Shown: positions 13,386 through 26,939 of the stretch, in pieces
Numbering within the stretch: the first letter of the stretch is position 1
Layout: the number at the start of each line of letters is the position of its first letter
Assembly: GCA_964187785.1 (NCBI GenBank)
Contig: OZ076419.1
Coordinates: 39,556,001 to 39,620,000 of the forward strand
Source: Amphiscolops sp. MND2022
Lineage: Eukaryota
Length of the DNA stretch: 64,000 bases
Reading direction: 5' to 3'
Translations under genes and position numbers: made by a program
Notes under the pieces: generated by a model
What the model saw: only the letters and a program-made list of their open reading frames with translations
Told to the model about the DNA's origin: nothing
Database searches by the model: none

Positions 13386-13990
13386 TTTTTAGTCGGCGCT
13401 TCATGATTATAGCAAAATATTATTGCACCAAATTGCACTATTTGGCCTAGGGAACTGAACCAAAATGGTTTTACCTGTTTTTCCGCGTAACATACCAAAC
13501 CGGGCGAGACCAAAGAGTCCCCCCTTTCAAATTTTTCGGCACTGCGAGACATTTTTTTTCGGAATTTTTTTTCGGAATTTTTTCCCCAAAGAGTCCCCCC
13601 TTCATTTTTTTGATGTTTTGCGACAGAAAGGATGTTGGAAAATCCCAAAGGGTTCCCCCTTTCAGTTATTTTCGGCATTGTGAGATTTTTTCCCGAAAAC
13701 AAAAAAAATCATTTTTTTCATGTTTTGCGACAGAATGGATGTTGAAAAACCTCAAAGGGTCCCCCCTTTCAGTTTTTCAGCATTGTGAGACTTTAGCGCG
13801 CCAGGGGCTCGCGCTAGCGGGTCCCGGTGCGCCACTCGGTCCATTTTTTTAGTATGTAATTTTTTTCGAAAAAAATTTTTCGAAAAATTTTCGATTTTCG
13901 AGTACTGCAAAAGAATACTTGACACTTGGAAGTCTTTTTGCTATTTTTGAGCCTTGGATATGGCGCCGACTTGGGCCGGTCCGGCTTGTT
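13386..13990 (+). mobile_element. DINE-1/HINE-like non-autonomous element, copy 1
   Basis: 5' T-run plus subTIR AGTCGGCGC (13391-13399), internal tandem units (AAAGGGTCCCCCTTT / TTTTCGGCACTGTGAGA), 3' subTIR GCGCCGACT (13963-13971), terminal hairpin GCCGG-T-CCGGC, end TTGTT. Confidence 0.7.
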
Positions 13991-15475
13991 AGAAACACCG
14001 TGAAATTGCGCACCGAGCCAAAACTAACACCAAGAGATGCGTAAGACTTTGCAGAAGTCCTGCTCTCAAAAAAGTGAGAGACGTTTTGACCTGAATTGAT
14101 GAATTTGACGCGAGTTTGGAAGGTGACAAGTAACTTTCCTCCACGAAGCAATGAGTGGGTGGTCGACATCCTTTTACAAGATTAATTATTAATAATTACT
14201 ATAAATAAACAGCATCGGCGAAATCAGTAGAATTTTAGAAAGTGTTTCATACATGAACTAGAAAGATTGTCGTCATCTCAAGTAACTTTTGTGTGCTGAA
14301 TATGATCGGGCGCAATTGGTACGAGCCACCAATGACCACTCAGTTCTTGAAAGGTGGGTTACAACTGGAATCTTTAAGCTTGAAGAAAAGAAAAGATTGT
14401 TTGATTGGTATCATTACGTAATTACCAAAATACATACACATTGAGACAAAAGAAACTAATCTGGACAGGAAAAGAGCCTTGTGGCTCGCCATCGATCCTC
14501 TCATTGGTTCACTTTGTGGAAAAATATAAATACTTGTATATACTTTTCTTTTATTTGTATTCGAATGAACTTTCGTGAGACAAAACTGAAATTGTTTATC
14601 ATCGGCCGTCGAATTTTTTTCCTTCCAGTGAAAGCCTTTGACAGAAGAATTTACGGAAATTCGTCGCCATACAAAGGTTTTTTATACAGATGTTTAGGCA
14701 GATGTTCTGTGGAAAGTCCCGGAATTGTGATTTTTTTGGAAAAGAGACATTGCTAGAACAATGTGTTTTATCTAGCAAGTTGTTTTGTGTTCGTTTCAGA
14801 GGACCCAATGGAGAAATATATGAGTAAGTTAATTTTTTCAGAAATGCTCAACAACTTCTGATGTCGAACAAATCGAAAGTCAATGAATATTCTGAAGGGT
14901 TACCGGACAAAAGCGTCCCAGCCGTAAGCGGCCCAATCAAAGGCTACCGTGGATTTGCTGACTCTTTTCATTCACCAACTTTTAAGTTCCTCACTCCAAT
15001 TAATTTTTTTTAAATTCCTTTGGAACTTTTAATACGGTGTATCGGCTAATTGTTTCTTTGAGGAATCAATATTCTGGTCGCAGGAATGCCAAAATGAGCA
15101 ATATAGTTCTTTTTCAACCGGAGTTTGACTGGGACGCTTCTGACTGTAAAGTAGGCGCGTTAGACAGAGGAGCTTTTTTCTGGGGTGTTTTTATCTGTAC
15201 ACGGTTATGTACTCATTAGTTTGGTTGAGGTAATTCGTTGGAAGCCTGTTCTTTTATTTACTAATCTAATCTGTGACTCAAGAATGTCGATGAAAACTGT
15301 GGACAGCTGATAGTAGAAGTAGTGATGAAATGGACGAGTAACATTGAGTTACAATAATGTGGAAAAAATTCACAATACGTGTTTATCTTTTTTTTTATCG
15401 GTTGTCGTTTTTTTATTTCAATTTTTCATCTAAAGAAACTTTGTTTCTCGAACAAACTACAAAACAAAATGTGCT

Positions 15476-15986
15476 AACAAGACGGGATCGTCTCAAGTCG
15501 GCGCCATATCTAAGGCTCAAAAATATTCAAAGAACAACTATTGGAAACATTTGGAAAAATTATCGAAAAAGTATTTTTTTTAGAAAAAAGTGTTTTTTAG
15601 AAAGTCGCACAATGCCGAAAAACTCAAAAAGAGGCCATTCAGGCTCATTAAACGTTTTTACAAACCGAAAACTTGCAAAAAAATGCAAGGGGTTACCCTT
15701 TGATAGAGTCCAAAATTTTTCGAAAAAAAAGTCGCATAGTGCCGAAAAAAACCCAAAGGGGGGACCCTTTGGTCTCACCTGCTGTACTTTTGGAAGCATA
15801 AAAATATTATGGTTTAGTGCGAGAATCGAACCCCCGCTCTCCGGCTTGGAAGATGAACAAATATGAAAGTGAACAAATTGTAAAAAGTGGACCATTCAGA
15901 GTGAGACTAAAGGCTGAAAAAGAAAAAAAACTACCTACTGTAATAGTCGGGCTTTTTTCCTCAAGGGAAAAGGCGCCGACTAAAAA
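15476..15986 (-). mobile_element. DINE-1/HINE-like non-autonomous element, copy 2
   Basis: Reverse-oriented ends: AACAAGACGGGATCGTCTCAAGTCGGCGCC at 15476 and GGCGCCGACTAAAAA at 15972-15986. Partial inverted repeat AGTCGGGC at 15945-15952. Same internal units as copy 1. Confidence 0.7.
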
Positions 15987-17185
15987 CGCCATGTCATGCC
16001 TTTGAACTGAGGTGGAAAAGTGATAAAGGTTATGAAAGAAAACTGTAGTGAGCAGTTATTTTGTAACTACGAGCTCCGCGCTCTTGAGTTTTCAAAGGGG
16101 GGACGTTCTGTAGAATTCTTGACGTTTTCGCTCATAACTTGAAGTATATTAATTTTATAATATCGAGAGAGGTTATTAGGGTGCGATATGTTAATAAGAG
16201 TAAAGATAACAGTGAGTACTTCAAGTACGTCGCCTTATTGTTGAATGTCAACCTTATTGTCTTTAGTCCTAGTGACAACCTGTTGACAAACTAGTAGCTA
16301 ATTTGGAGCCGCCGAGCAACGTGTGGATGCAAAACTACGTATGACACTTTAATCGAAAAGAAAATTCGACATCGATTTTTTTTGAAATTCTCGACAACTA
16401 TTGCGACGATCATAAAAATAAGATCACATGCTTGTCGTGTTTTGACTTGACTACGTGCTGAGTGAAGTTTAAGGAACCTCGTGAGGAACGAATGACATGG
16501 CGTCAACAGAAATTAAACTAGAACTCTTTTAAAACTGTGAATAGAATGAATCAAAATTGCTATGTTAAAACATGTAAGCGAGATTGAACTTCACAGTAGC
16601 CACAATAAGCACAGAATGCAACTCTCCAAAACGTGTAAGAAGGCGAATGGAGAACGCGCTGTACGGAACCGCACGCAGAGCTAATAAGAAAACAGCCGCA
16701 CTCTTTGAGTTATCCCCTCTCAATCAAACGTAAAATTTCAAACCCGATTTCGTGAAGATTGAAAAAGATATCAATACACAGTTGTCAACACTCGACAGCC
16801 CTTCTAAAGGAAAGTTTCGGTTGAGAAAAAGTGCTTTGTGCATTAACGAGACCCTGGTGGGAGAAGCTTTGAAAACAACTTCTATCAAACTTTTGTCGAA
16901 TTTCCCAAAATGTTTCAATTAAAAAATTCGTGCGATCGGTATTGAGTCTTTCAGAATTGAACCAGCATACGATAAATATGGCCTCAAAATGGCCTGAAAG
17001 GCCGTTTGACACGTGTTATCGCTTACTATTCAACGTATAAGCGCACAATAACCGCCCTTTTGCAGCGTATTTGAGAAATGAAGTCGATAAGTTGATGACA
17101 TAGCAAATAAAGCGCTAGCGAAAAAACCCTAAGATTTGAAACTAGAAATTCTTATTCGATATTAGCAAAACCTTTTCAACTAGAA

Positions 17186-17750
17186 GTGAGGTGAGGTTCC
17201 AAACCTTGTGTTCAGATAACTTCGAAACAGGATTTTGTCGTGAGTGAAATGAGATTTCAAGAACTACTTCATGATCCTTAGCTTCAATCGTATTTGCGAG
17301 GGACTCCAAGACCGTCGTTGGGACACACCGTTGCCATCGCGAGTACGGTGGGATTCCAAGATTTCCGTTGTAGCACTTTGTTCTCCAAGTGGAACTCCAA
17401 GACCACCAGTAGTCTCCATCAACTTTAACAATATTCAACTTGCGTGAGGTGGCTGTCCGCGAACGCTGATAAGAACCATACACATCAGCGACCCTACCGA
17501 TGTGTGGCGGAACTCTGAGACCTTCGTTCGGAAGCCATTACAATCGTGTGTGAGGTGGACTGCGAAACCGTCGCTTTGATACCCCGTTGCAGAGCTACAA
17601 GTGAGGTTGGACTCCCAGACTTTATGTTGTAACAACCCGTCGGCGTGAGGTGGGGCTCCGAGACCGTCGCAGAGATATTTTCATGTTTAGTCGTGCGTGA
17701 TGTGGGACTCCGAGACAGTCGTTGAAATACTATGGCTTTCACTCCAAGAT
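17186..17750. repeat. Degenerate array of 11 copies of a ~21-bp core (GTGAGGTGGGACTCCGAGACC) with variable spacers, period 41-60 bp
   Basis: Cores start near 17186, 17244, 17293, 17343, 17384, 17444, 17502, 17550, 17601, 17645 and 17697. Confidence 0.7.
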
Positions 17751-18673
17751 CGGAAGAGATTTGCGGCGAAATATAATGATGGGTTTTTTCATGTCACACC
17801 CTATCCTTACTGATATCCAAAGCAACTACCTTGCTGAAACCATAGTTTATTGATTCTTTGTGGTAAATGCTGCTCAAAAGTATCCGCTCTAACCTCAGAC
17901 ATTATTGTTCTGTTCATTCTATTATTCGTTGTTGTGAAATTGTGTTTGTTTCCATTAATCATCTTATTCACTTGATGTGTACTAATTACGTTTCAAACTG
18001 CTCTCTTCATTCTTGAAAAGACAACAATCAGCTATAGAGTAGCAAGACAAACCCCTGAAGGAAGCTAGTATTCAAAGTTATAAAAGATCCGTGCTTTCCT
18101 TCTCACACTTAGCCCTACCGCCTTCAATTGAGTTGACTCGGCTTTTTTCTCGGAGTCAATAAATGTCTATGTAGATACTCAGGCAGTCCTTGTCTCGTGC
18201 ATGGTACCTACGGGTTGAATTGAATTGTAATGGAGTAAACCTCAGCAAAATGTTAAAGCTACCGAAAATCAAAAATTGTACACGTTCGGGGGGATAAAAA
18301 AGCAGCCAACAATTTTTTTTGTAAAAGAAGCTTTTCGGGAACCGCTTTCACGCTAAAAGCAGTAAAAGTTACCGGCAAAAGCAGTACACACGAAAATTTC
18401 GTGAATTTTTTCCGTGACAATCAGACAACAAAATGTCAAAATTTTCTCAGTTTCCTTTAGTCGCTTGTGGTTCATCACAACAACAGTTTCGAAGAAGACA
18501 ACATCAGATAGATTAGGCAGGTACCTTGAAATTAAATAAAGAAGTCGTCAAGAAACACACTTGTTGTGCTGCATCAGTGTGAAAACGCAATTCGCATTGT
18601 TTCATTAACATCACAATTTACTTCTCCGTTCACACTTCGTTTCAAGACATATTTCGATGTTGGGTTCACTCAT

Positions 18674-19230
18674 TTCAGTCGGCGCTTGAGGAAATAGAAC
18701 GTCACAATTGTAGTGGCTTAACCGCTTTTGTTAAGTCCACGCGAAGTGGCCATTTTAATGCATGGATGCCAAAATTTCACACAATATCTATAAAATATCA
18801 AAATTTGTTGAACTTATCAGTGTTATTTGTCTTTTTTCAAACGTCGACAATGTTATTTGAATAAGAAAAATATTTGATGGTCATTTTTGGTACTGCGACA
18901 ATTTATTGAAGCAATTTTCCAAAGTTACAAAGTCCCCCTTCGTGTGTTTTTGAAATTTTGGAAACGAAAAAGCGTGTTTGATCCCGAAGGGTTCCCCTCA
19001 GAGATTTTTCCGACACCTTTACTTAAATTTGCCACTGTGCGACGTTTTTGGGATTCTTTTCGCAAAACGTTTCGCTTTTCTGATCGCAAAAACGCCGTTT
19101 CAGGCCCAAGGGACTCGCTTCTGGATTTTTTTGTTACGAAAAATTTATTCAAAAAAACTCTTGACGCTTTGAAGTTTTTTGCTCTTTTTAAGCCCTAAAC
19201 GGAGCAGAGATTTACGCCGTTCTGGCTCGG
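18674..19230 (+). mobile_element. Diverged member of the HINE-like family
   Basis: AGTCGGCGC at 18677-18685, AAAGTCCCCCTT / AAGGGTTCCCCT / GCCACTGTGCGAC internal words, and a degraded 3' end AAGCCCTAAA...CGCCGTTCTGGCT. Confidence 0.4.
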
Positions 19231-19871
19231 GTGTTTTTCGGTTTGACCGAAAAAGATTACATAGACCGTTTTTTTGCGGGTCATCTAGTAGCAAGGGCAA
19301 AAATTTATAGAGTCAAATTTCCAACTCAATTCTTGAGCACCGTTTCATAGGACGAAAAATTTTGGCATATTAGGCAAAAACGTGTTGGGTACGTACGCAT
19401 TGATACTTGTTTGAATAACCGAAACTATATATACTGTCTTTCGGTATTCCAATCAAAATATCATTTTGGTCGGGTATTATCATTTTGTTTTAGAATTTGA
19501 AAGTTGATTTCTTTCTGAGCAGGAGAACATTTTAATAATCCTTCAGCTCTGTAAAACTGTAATCACAAAACAGAAATGCCAATTTTGTAATGAAAATCAT
19601 TTTAGGCTGATTTTGGATTTTTGAATTTCACCTTTCAAGAAACTATAACTTGGAAAAAACAAACCTTATGACCAAGTGTTGTCACTGCGGTCGCCTAACT
19701 CGGATGTTTATCATTTAACATCTCGGAAACAATTGGTCATAATGGAAAAAGCAAATGACACGTTTTCTACGTTTGATTGCGTTCTGTGCAGTTTGATTCT
19801 ACTATTTTTCTGAAAACATCCTCTTAATGAGAGAAAGTCCGATCACTGCTATAAAGTCATTTCCTTTCCAG

Positions 19872-20521
19872 AATGCCATTTTGCTTCATACATCATTCAC
19901 GCTGTCTCCTTTATCTGGGTGACTGTCTGGATCGTGATGGCCGGAGTTGGTATGTGTGCCAGATGTGGCTCCAGCTGTGGGTTCATGGTGACACTCATCA
20001 TATTCGGAGCTCTTAGTAGTTTGTAATTTTCCTTCCCCTCATGATAAGTTCATATAAATGAGTAGGTTCATCGTTGTCAGATGAAAATTCGTGGATTCTC
20101 TTAACTGAGAGGACTTGAAAGTTCTCTTGTTTAAACAGATTGACGAGCCATTTTAGACGGACGTTAAAAGGTTCTTAGTGAAAATTTTACTCGAATTTTT
20201 CATGCTGCCTCACAAATTCTAAAGTTTTTTGTTAGGAGTTTTCAAATTGGATCTTTAGCCGATTTTCTTTCCTTTGTAATAACATTAATCAATCAACAAG
20301 CACCTAACGCTTCATCGATTTTGGAAATGAAATAAACACACCGAAGAGCTCATTTGAACATTTAAAAATTAGTTCGTGGGAGAAGTTTTGTAACAGTCAA
20401 CTGAACTGAATTAAGTTATCAGCTCATTTTGTTCATAGATCTGCCTTTTCAGCTCTTTCGTACCTGGTAGCAATGTCTTTGGATTGGGCCGTTAGAGAAG
20501 ATTTGGAAGAAAAGTTAGCTG
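19872..20521 (+). CDS. Two internal exons (19872-20015, 20453-20521) of a probable multi-pass membrane host protein, MS4A/tetraspan-like
   Basis: Acceptors TTCCTTTCCAG and CCTTTTCAG; donors GTAGTT and GTAAGT; both junctions phase 1. The joined frame reads CHFASYIIHAVSFIWVTVWIVMAGVGMCARCGSSCGFMVTLIIFGAL-T-LSYLVAMSLDWAVREDLEEKLA, with 2-3 hydrophobic helices. Confidence 0.55.
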
Positions 20522-23479
20522 GTAAGTTCATCATCAAGGTAAATAGTTATTAAACCCAGGTTTCCGTCCCACACAAAAACAGGTTGATCATGCTCTGCCA
20601 TAATAAATAAAGGTTGATTCCAGGCTAAGCATACTTGGACCATAAAGGTTTATGGCTCCAGGCTGACCGTACCCTGGACCATATATGCCACGACGGTAAG
20701 TGCCACGATGGAAGAAAATTCCTCAACGCCTACTAAGAAACTGCTTGCAATTATTTCTTTGTCAAATTATTTCCAGATCGAGTGTTAAAAAAGTTTGAGT
20801 GTAAAAAAATGGGTCAACGCTGATGATTCTCTACAATTCCGCTCTCTTTGTTCCGGCACGCTTTTTTCGATTTTTTGTCTCAGCAAGCTTTTATCCGAAG
20901 AAATTTCAATTTGAATTTTAGGCCAAAAAAGGTCCCCTTTTGGTTCTTTTCCGTTTCTGTGGCAGAGAATATTTGACGCTTTTTGTTGGCTTGTTTCATA
21001 TGTGGTAAATAATTGCATGATTTGCATGTTTCCGAATATAAAATTTGGATAGCTCTCTAGTATTCCATGTTAATAAATATTTGGCCTAAATAAAAAAAAA
21101 ACAAATTACAGATTGAGATGACTTTGGACTGTGAAAACTGAAAATTGAACAAGCGATCCCGTAATTTTGACGTCCAATTCCAAAATCGGGTATTTTGAAG
21201 ATCTTTAGGTACGCAAAATATAGAGATGCTGCGAAGCTGTTGAACTAAATTCCATCTGATTATTAGTTTTTCCATTTCAACAGAAACACTTTCCATTTTT
21301 TCCCATTTCTAAGAAAGACTAGTGGTTCACTTATAATCAAATATCAAAAACTCAGCAACTGATGCCAAAATGATAAAATTGGTATTGGTGTCAAGTTTCT
21401 ATGTAAACATTTGGTAGATAACTCAACAAGTCGGCAACCCACTCAGGGCTCAAAAAGCCCAAAAATTATTGAAAACATGCTAAGGATTTTTTAAATGAGA
21501 AACTCATAAAAATTTCGAAATACTCAAAGGGTGGTTTTCGTAATCTGAAACCGCTTCAAAAGTTCGAGTAAATCGTGCTGGGGCGCATTATTTTCTAACT
21601 CGGCTTCTTCTTTAGTAAACCGCATTTTACTTCGAATAAAACTTACAAAAACTCGGAAAGTATGGAAGAAAATTTTCGGTGGATATTTATCAAAAATCAA
21701 AAGATAGATTCGGAAAGAAAACAAAAGAAGGGATCCTTTTAGCTCGTCCGGTTTTTAGGCTACGTTGAAAAAGATAAGAATGAGAGGCATTTTGCGCTAA
21801 CTTAGACGCTTTTCGTTTCTTTGAGGGTTTCGTTGATATGTACAAAAACTTCGTTAAGGCTACCGAATTTTCAAATAAAATTATACTGGGGTACTTTGCA
21901 ATTTTTTATGCTTCCGAGAAACGAACAGTTTTCCCGCGATATTGTTGGAAATACTTGTGAAATGAGCTACTCGGTCCAGCCAGCGAGTTAAACTGGCGCT
22001 GTATATTTTGTTTGAACTGCTGCAAATTAAAAGAGATTCCGAAGCACGGTGGTCCGCTATTTTTTCATCAGTTTACGGCAAATATGAAGGCGTAATTGCT
22101 CTAAGCCCATAACAACTGCCTAAACTTCTCATTCGTCAAACGCGTATTTCGTTTTGTTGTTCGAAATGAATCTACTTGCAAATGGTGTCTGACTAAGATT
22201 ATTGTTCAGCTGTTCTGCCATAAAGTGGCCTCGGCTTTTTGATGCTTGCGCCTGTAGTTATTTTATTGAAAAGATTAGAACTGAAACGTGCCGAGGTAAG
22301 GAAATTTAGTGACTTTTTGTTTCAAATTTGTGGAAGCTGCTGAAAGTCTCGGTGTCCCATTCCAACCGTTTTGCTAATTTGACATTTGTCTCACGAGATC
22401 AGTTTATGCTGAAACATTTTTGATGTATTCCGATCAACAATGAATTGCCCCTACGGATTTCCTTTTGGTTCCTTCAATTCGTTAATTGCTTTCAGTATGT
22501 CATGTAACGGTCTTACACCGTTTTGGTTGGCTTAATGCATACACATTCAGACTCGGGTTGGGAATTTGGGTTTTCAATTTCACTCATTCAATAGCCTGCA
22601 TTTTGTAGTTTCGTTAGGAGGCCCATTGTCTCACTCTTGTCTTGTTCTTGTCTTTTTTGTTACCACTTGTATATCATCGAGGCCGGTGTTTATTCAATTG
22701 TTGAATCACGTTTCTCCGGAAGTTCAGTCGGTATGTCCGCCAGATCGTTGAAGCTTTTTTTCAGAAATCTGTACTAGTCCGTGAAGTTATCTCTTGTGAT
22801 TGTGAATATGTTTTGATTCGGTGCACTTTTGACATTGGCATCTGACCGTTTCCGATTTTGAGTCGATGTTTGAAACCCAATTTTCGTCCAGTGCTTTCTC
22901 ATCCATTTTACCAGTTTTTTTGTAGGACTGACAGAACAGCTTCCGTCTATGCCCGTTGCCGTTTCTATGTGGCCGGGTTCTTCAGGTTCTCTATCGACTG
23001 CTTGTTGTAGATTGGTCGGTATCAGTTATGGTTCTGGTGTGTCAGCTTTGTGTGTTTTGGATTCTTCGCGTAGCCACTTTTACATCATTCACCGTAACTT
23101 TTCGCGGATCATTGTTTCTGAATTACCAGTTCAGACTTGTTAAATCCGGCTATTCAATAAAATTTGGGTCTGTATTTTGTTTTTTTTTCTGTATCCAGTT
23201 TGTTTCCTCCAAGTTCACAAGTTGGGCGAGAAACAGTGTTTTTGAAATGACATTTGATTTCGTTTGACTTGGTTAAAATACAACGCTAGACATATGTGGT
23301 TCAAAACTTAACACAGATTGGATGAGTATTTGAGCCAGCAACGGTTCTATAATTACAAAATGGCAAATATAGAACAATTAGTATCTGATTTTCGGCTCGA
23401 TGTATGCCTTGTTCATCAAAATTGCGTACAAGTAAATGTCAATCAAGATAAATATTTTATAATCATGTCAGCTGTGATC

Positions 23480-26400
23480 AAAAATGACATGACTGGATTT
23501 TCAGAATGTCCAACAAATTCAGAGAAAAACATATTACTGGTCTCATATAGAATAGGGAATTCGAAATCTAAGTTGCGGATGGTGCAATACCGCCGGGATC
23601 ATACCTTAGTGAGTCAATTCTCGCCGTGTGGTAATGGCCTCTGGGATAGTACGTTTCAAGTATCCAGACACGATTGCCTGCTTTATGGCTATGTTGCAAT
23701 CCGTCGTCCACCTGCTTGGGCGATTCGGTCGGGGACTGTACATTTTCATCCACCGTATCCAGATTGCATAAGCATAAGCTTGCCCCCGCACGTACCGTTT
23801 CCGATGGCTGAAGTTTCTTGCTGAAGGTAGTAGAGGACGGACGTCTGGTGTTCAGATGGCTCGGGAGAAAATGATTGGTTGTCAATACATCGGTGCCACT
23901 GAGATCTGAGCTAACTGGGTTTGCGGTCGGGTCATCAACATCTGTTCGACCAAACAGAAGGCAGTTAGAGGGATTTCATCAGTAGACTGTCGTCACGGAT
24001 GAAATGGTATACCCGTTTACCACTGCTTAGTGGACATTGTGCACTCGTAGTTCGAGTGCTTGCTCGTTCAACCTTTTCATGCATTCAACTCATTTCAGTC
24101 ACGGGTACGACAAAATGCGTACCGTTGTTTGACGGACAGCCTTCTGAAGCGCGCGACAAACCTGAATTTTGTGTAACAAGTGAATTGGTGTCTAGAAAAG
24201 GACGGACCTATTGTTTGGATCTGCGGGTCGGGTTGTCAACAACTTGCAAAAGAAACCTTTGCTTTTCGCTCGATCGGCGTTCTGTCACGAACAGTGTTCC
24301 AAAAGAGTCCACACCTGTCCTTGTGAAAGGTGGTTGTCGGAACGAAAGGTATGTTTTTCGGAAGATCTGCGGACCACAAGCCTGTTGCTTGAATGATACC
24401 ACTTCAGTCCAAGCTTGTGGGAGGAAGTGCCCAAAGTGTTGGAAATGGTTTCAGTGCGGATCGTCCCGAAAGGTAACTAGCTCGCGTTCAGTTCAGCGGT
24501 AAAAGTTGGAGAACTACTCGCAAAGTGGATGAGTTTGAAGCATCCGATCGCAGGAAAATTGGCTTGATCTTTTGATTGCTGTAGAGCACTCCAGGCTTGG
24601 GGTAAGTGCACGTATTCATCCATGTAAAATTGAAGTGTCAAGGCACGAGCTGCGTTGGTAAAAAGAACTGGTTCATCAGCAGCAGTCTTTTGCCCCGAAT
24701 ATGTTTCGCACCTTTTGGTAAACACAAAGACGCTTTTGGGGGCCTCCCGGTACTTAAATTGAACAGATGGTTGATCCGGTACCATCATATGGGCTTGAAG
24801 AAACATGCCGTAAGTATCAGGTTTATGCTTGCGGAATTGGAATAGAGTATGCATCAAGTAAGCAAGTAAGCAGGCTGGGTCCGGTAAGGAGTGAGTTTTT
24901 GCGCGATGCTTTCTGAAACCTACTTGTGCCTCAAACTTGCAAGTTTACTGAGATTAAACACATGATAATGAAGAAGGTGACATTCTCTTCTTGATCTCTT
25001 TGTGTTATCGTCATAAGATACATAAAGGATAAGGTAGTTTGCTAGCTGAAAAATTGATGTCTCATCTTTTTTCAAGATGGGGTTCTTCTCCAGTCTCCTT
25101 TCAAGTGACTTTGGTTGAACATTGGCAGTATATTAGTTGTCCGGATTGGCGTCATCTTTGGAAAGAACCATTCCTACTTTGTAGCTAGTACCATCGTGGT
25201 CTTTTGTGTCGTTTAGGCTTCCCAGCGCTCGTTTGTCGGCAGTTCAACGCTGATCCACCAGTTTTGTCGCATCGAAAGACTCGCTATCACACTAAGCTCG
25301 AAATTCGAAATTGTGCTAGAAACCACTCGGGATCGGAAATTGCCTGGTTGCATCCGGCTATCAGACGGAAACTGGTTGGTCGAGGACAGCTCAAGGCCCA
25401 TTCAAGTTGAAGAGAGACTGCAACGGGAGAAACTAGCAAATCAGAAACGAAACACTCCATCGGTCGGATGGCTGGGAATGTGTCCTGTGCTAAAACTAGC
25501 TCCATATAGGAATAGCTATTTCAACAGCTTTCAACGGCGCAAGGTGTAGATAATTGGATTGAAGCGAGGCAATGCCAGTGACGTCAGATCCAACGATGAT
25601 GTTCTATGTCAGCTAGGGAGTCAACATATGAGTCTCTCAAAAATCTTCGAGACAAATTCAGCTCCACCACTGCAGTATGAACAACTCCTTGGGATATGTT
25701 ACCGTTTACTGAGAAACAATTAAGTTGTCCTTAAAGTTTCATATCCAAGGTGGTACACACCGAATAACATAGTGTCCAGGCTGTATTTGAGCCAAAAGGG
25801 CTGAATAGATTCACTTTGGTAATCTGCAGTTGTCCCTTCACATCTGACTTGCATGTAAGGATGAACGAATTCAGAGAGAAATGACTGTCATGAAGTTTTT
25901 GAGTAAAGGATGCGCTAAAATTTTTCAAGATCTTCTTTCAATTACCGGGTTTTGGTCAGCTCGGAAAAAGCGATCAGCTCCACGTGAGAGGGTATTGCAT
26001 CTTTCTTTCGTACGCTTGGGTAAACTAGTACACAAGAGAAAACTATGGCCGTTTCAGTTCTGCTACGATCAGTTCTGCTTGATCCTTCATTGTCACCTAG
26101 GATTTCAATCCTCGATGGTTGGTAGGCATACACTACAGCTGTAAGGTTGGCCGAAGATGTGCTAGAAGTGCGTTGGCTGCCCTCCACTGAAACGGTTTAA
26201 TGAGCCAGCAGGTATACCATGATAGATTAATGCCCTGTGTTACGGGAACGTATGTGGTAGTGTTGCCAGTTGGCCGGGTCAAGGAAGTGACAATAATGTA
26301 AAGACGATTTAGCGGGTTTGGCAGAATTAGGGAAACCTTAGTCGTTTGACCCCTAGCAGAGAGTTGTTTGTTAAACGGAAGGATGTTTATGTGTGGAAGT

Positions 26401-26870
26401 TAGGACTGATTGAATAGTAGACAACTGAGGAGTTGTCAATTCTATTGAGGAAAGTCTGCAACTCCGCTGATGTTACAATAGCGTTCAGATGAGCTGTGGA
26501 AGCATATGAACCCAGTTACAAGTTCAATATTGCTAGCCGGTTTCAGTAAAAACCAAATCGGGGGCCCAGCTTCTTCGCTGACTTCACCCAGCCTCTTCCA
26601 TTGTACCTTCGGCTCCCTGTTTTTGCTCTCCTCCTACTCCGATCAGACCAAGTGATTCTTCGTGGTTTCGGAGGCGCTGGGTGACTCCATTTTCTCTCCC
26701 ATTGTATTTTCGCCAGAACCACCTACTCCAACTGTGGCAGAGGTTTTCAACTATGTGCACATTAAAAGACGCTGACGCTTCAACGAGTAAATTTGTTTCA
26801 ATATAGCTCTCAACATTGGACTCGATCGACAGAACTTGGCCCATTGCAGAAAGTTGCATTCATAACATAG
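23480..26870 (-). mobile_element. Decayed BEL/Pao LTR retrotransposon, internally deleted
   Basis: Gag-like AMGQVLSIESNVESYIETNL (26584-26859), ELVLAQDTFPAIRP (25287-25505), RT-like QFYMDEY (24477-24857), integrase PPFTRTGVDSFGTLFV...SEK (24208-24402), and C-terminal GNRVWILETYYPRGHY..ARI (23568-23885), all typical of BEL/Pao. Confidence 0.8.
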
Positions 26871-26939
26871 AGTTCATTGACTTCGATGAAGAAATTGTTG
26901 TATTAACATTGCGCTGCGACGCAACGGATTCGATGAACA

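Noticed and set aside
14230-14520. Protein-like frame CAEYDRAQLVRATNDHSVLERW...
   Set aside because: Interrupted and not assignable to any family by eye.
14911-15139. 11-bp inverted repeat AAGCGTCCCAG / CTGGGACGCTT
   Set aside because: Short, no TSD and no second copy in the window, so a MITE cannot be supported.
17186-17750. CRISPR array call
   Set aside because: Cores are too degenerate, spacing is irregular, there is no leader or cas gene, and the context is eukaryotic. Kept only as an unusual repeat.
21425-21460. AACAAGTCGGCAACC...AGGGCTCAAAAA resembling a reversed HINE 3' end
   Set aside because: Too degraded, and no matching 5' end was found.
22210-22295. Candidate exon CSAIKWPRLFDACACSYFIEKIRTETCR between TTCAG and GTAAGG
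   Set aside because: Its phase does not join directly to the 20453-20521 exon and no linking exon was found.
22500-23270. TGTAACGGTCTTACA and downstream sequence as a BEL LTR
   Set aside because: No second copy, PPT or TSD. It looks like an unrelated retroelement fragment that I could not classify.
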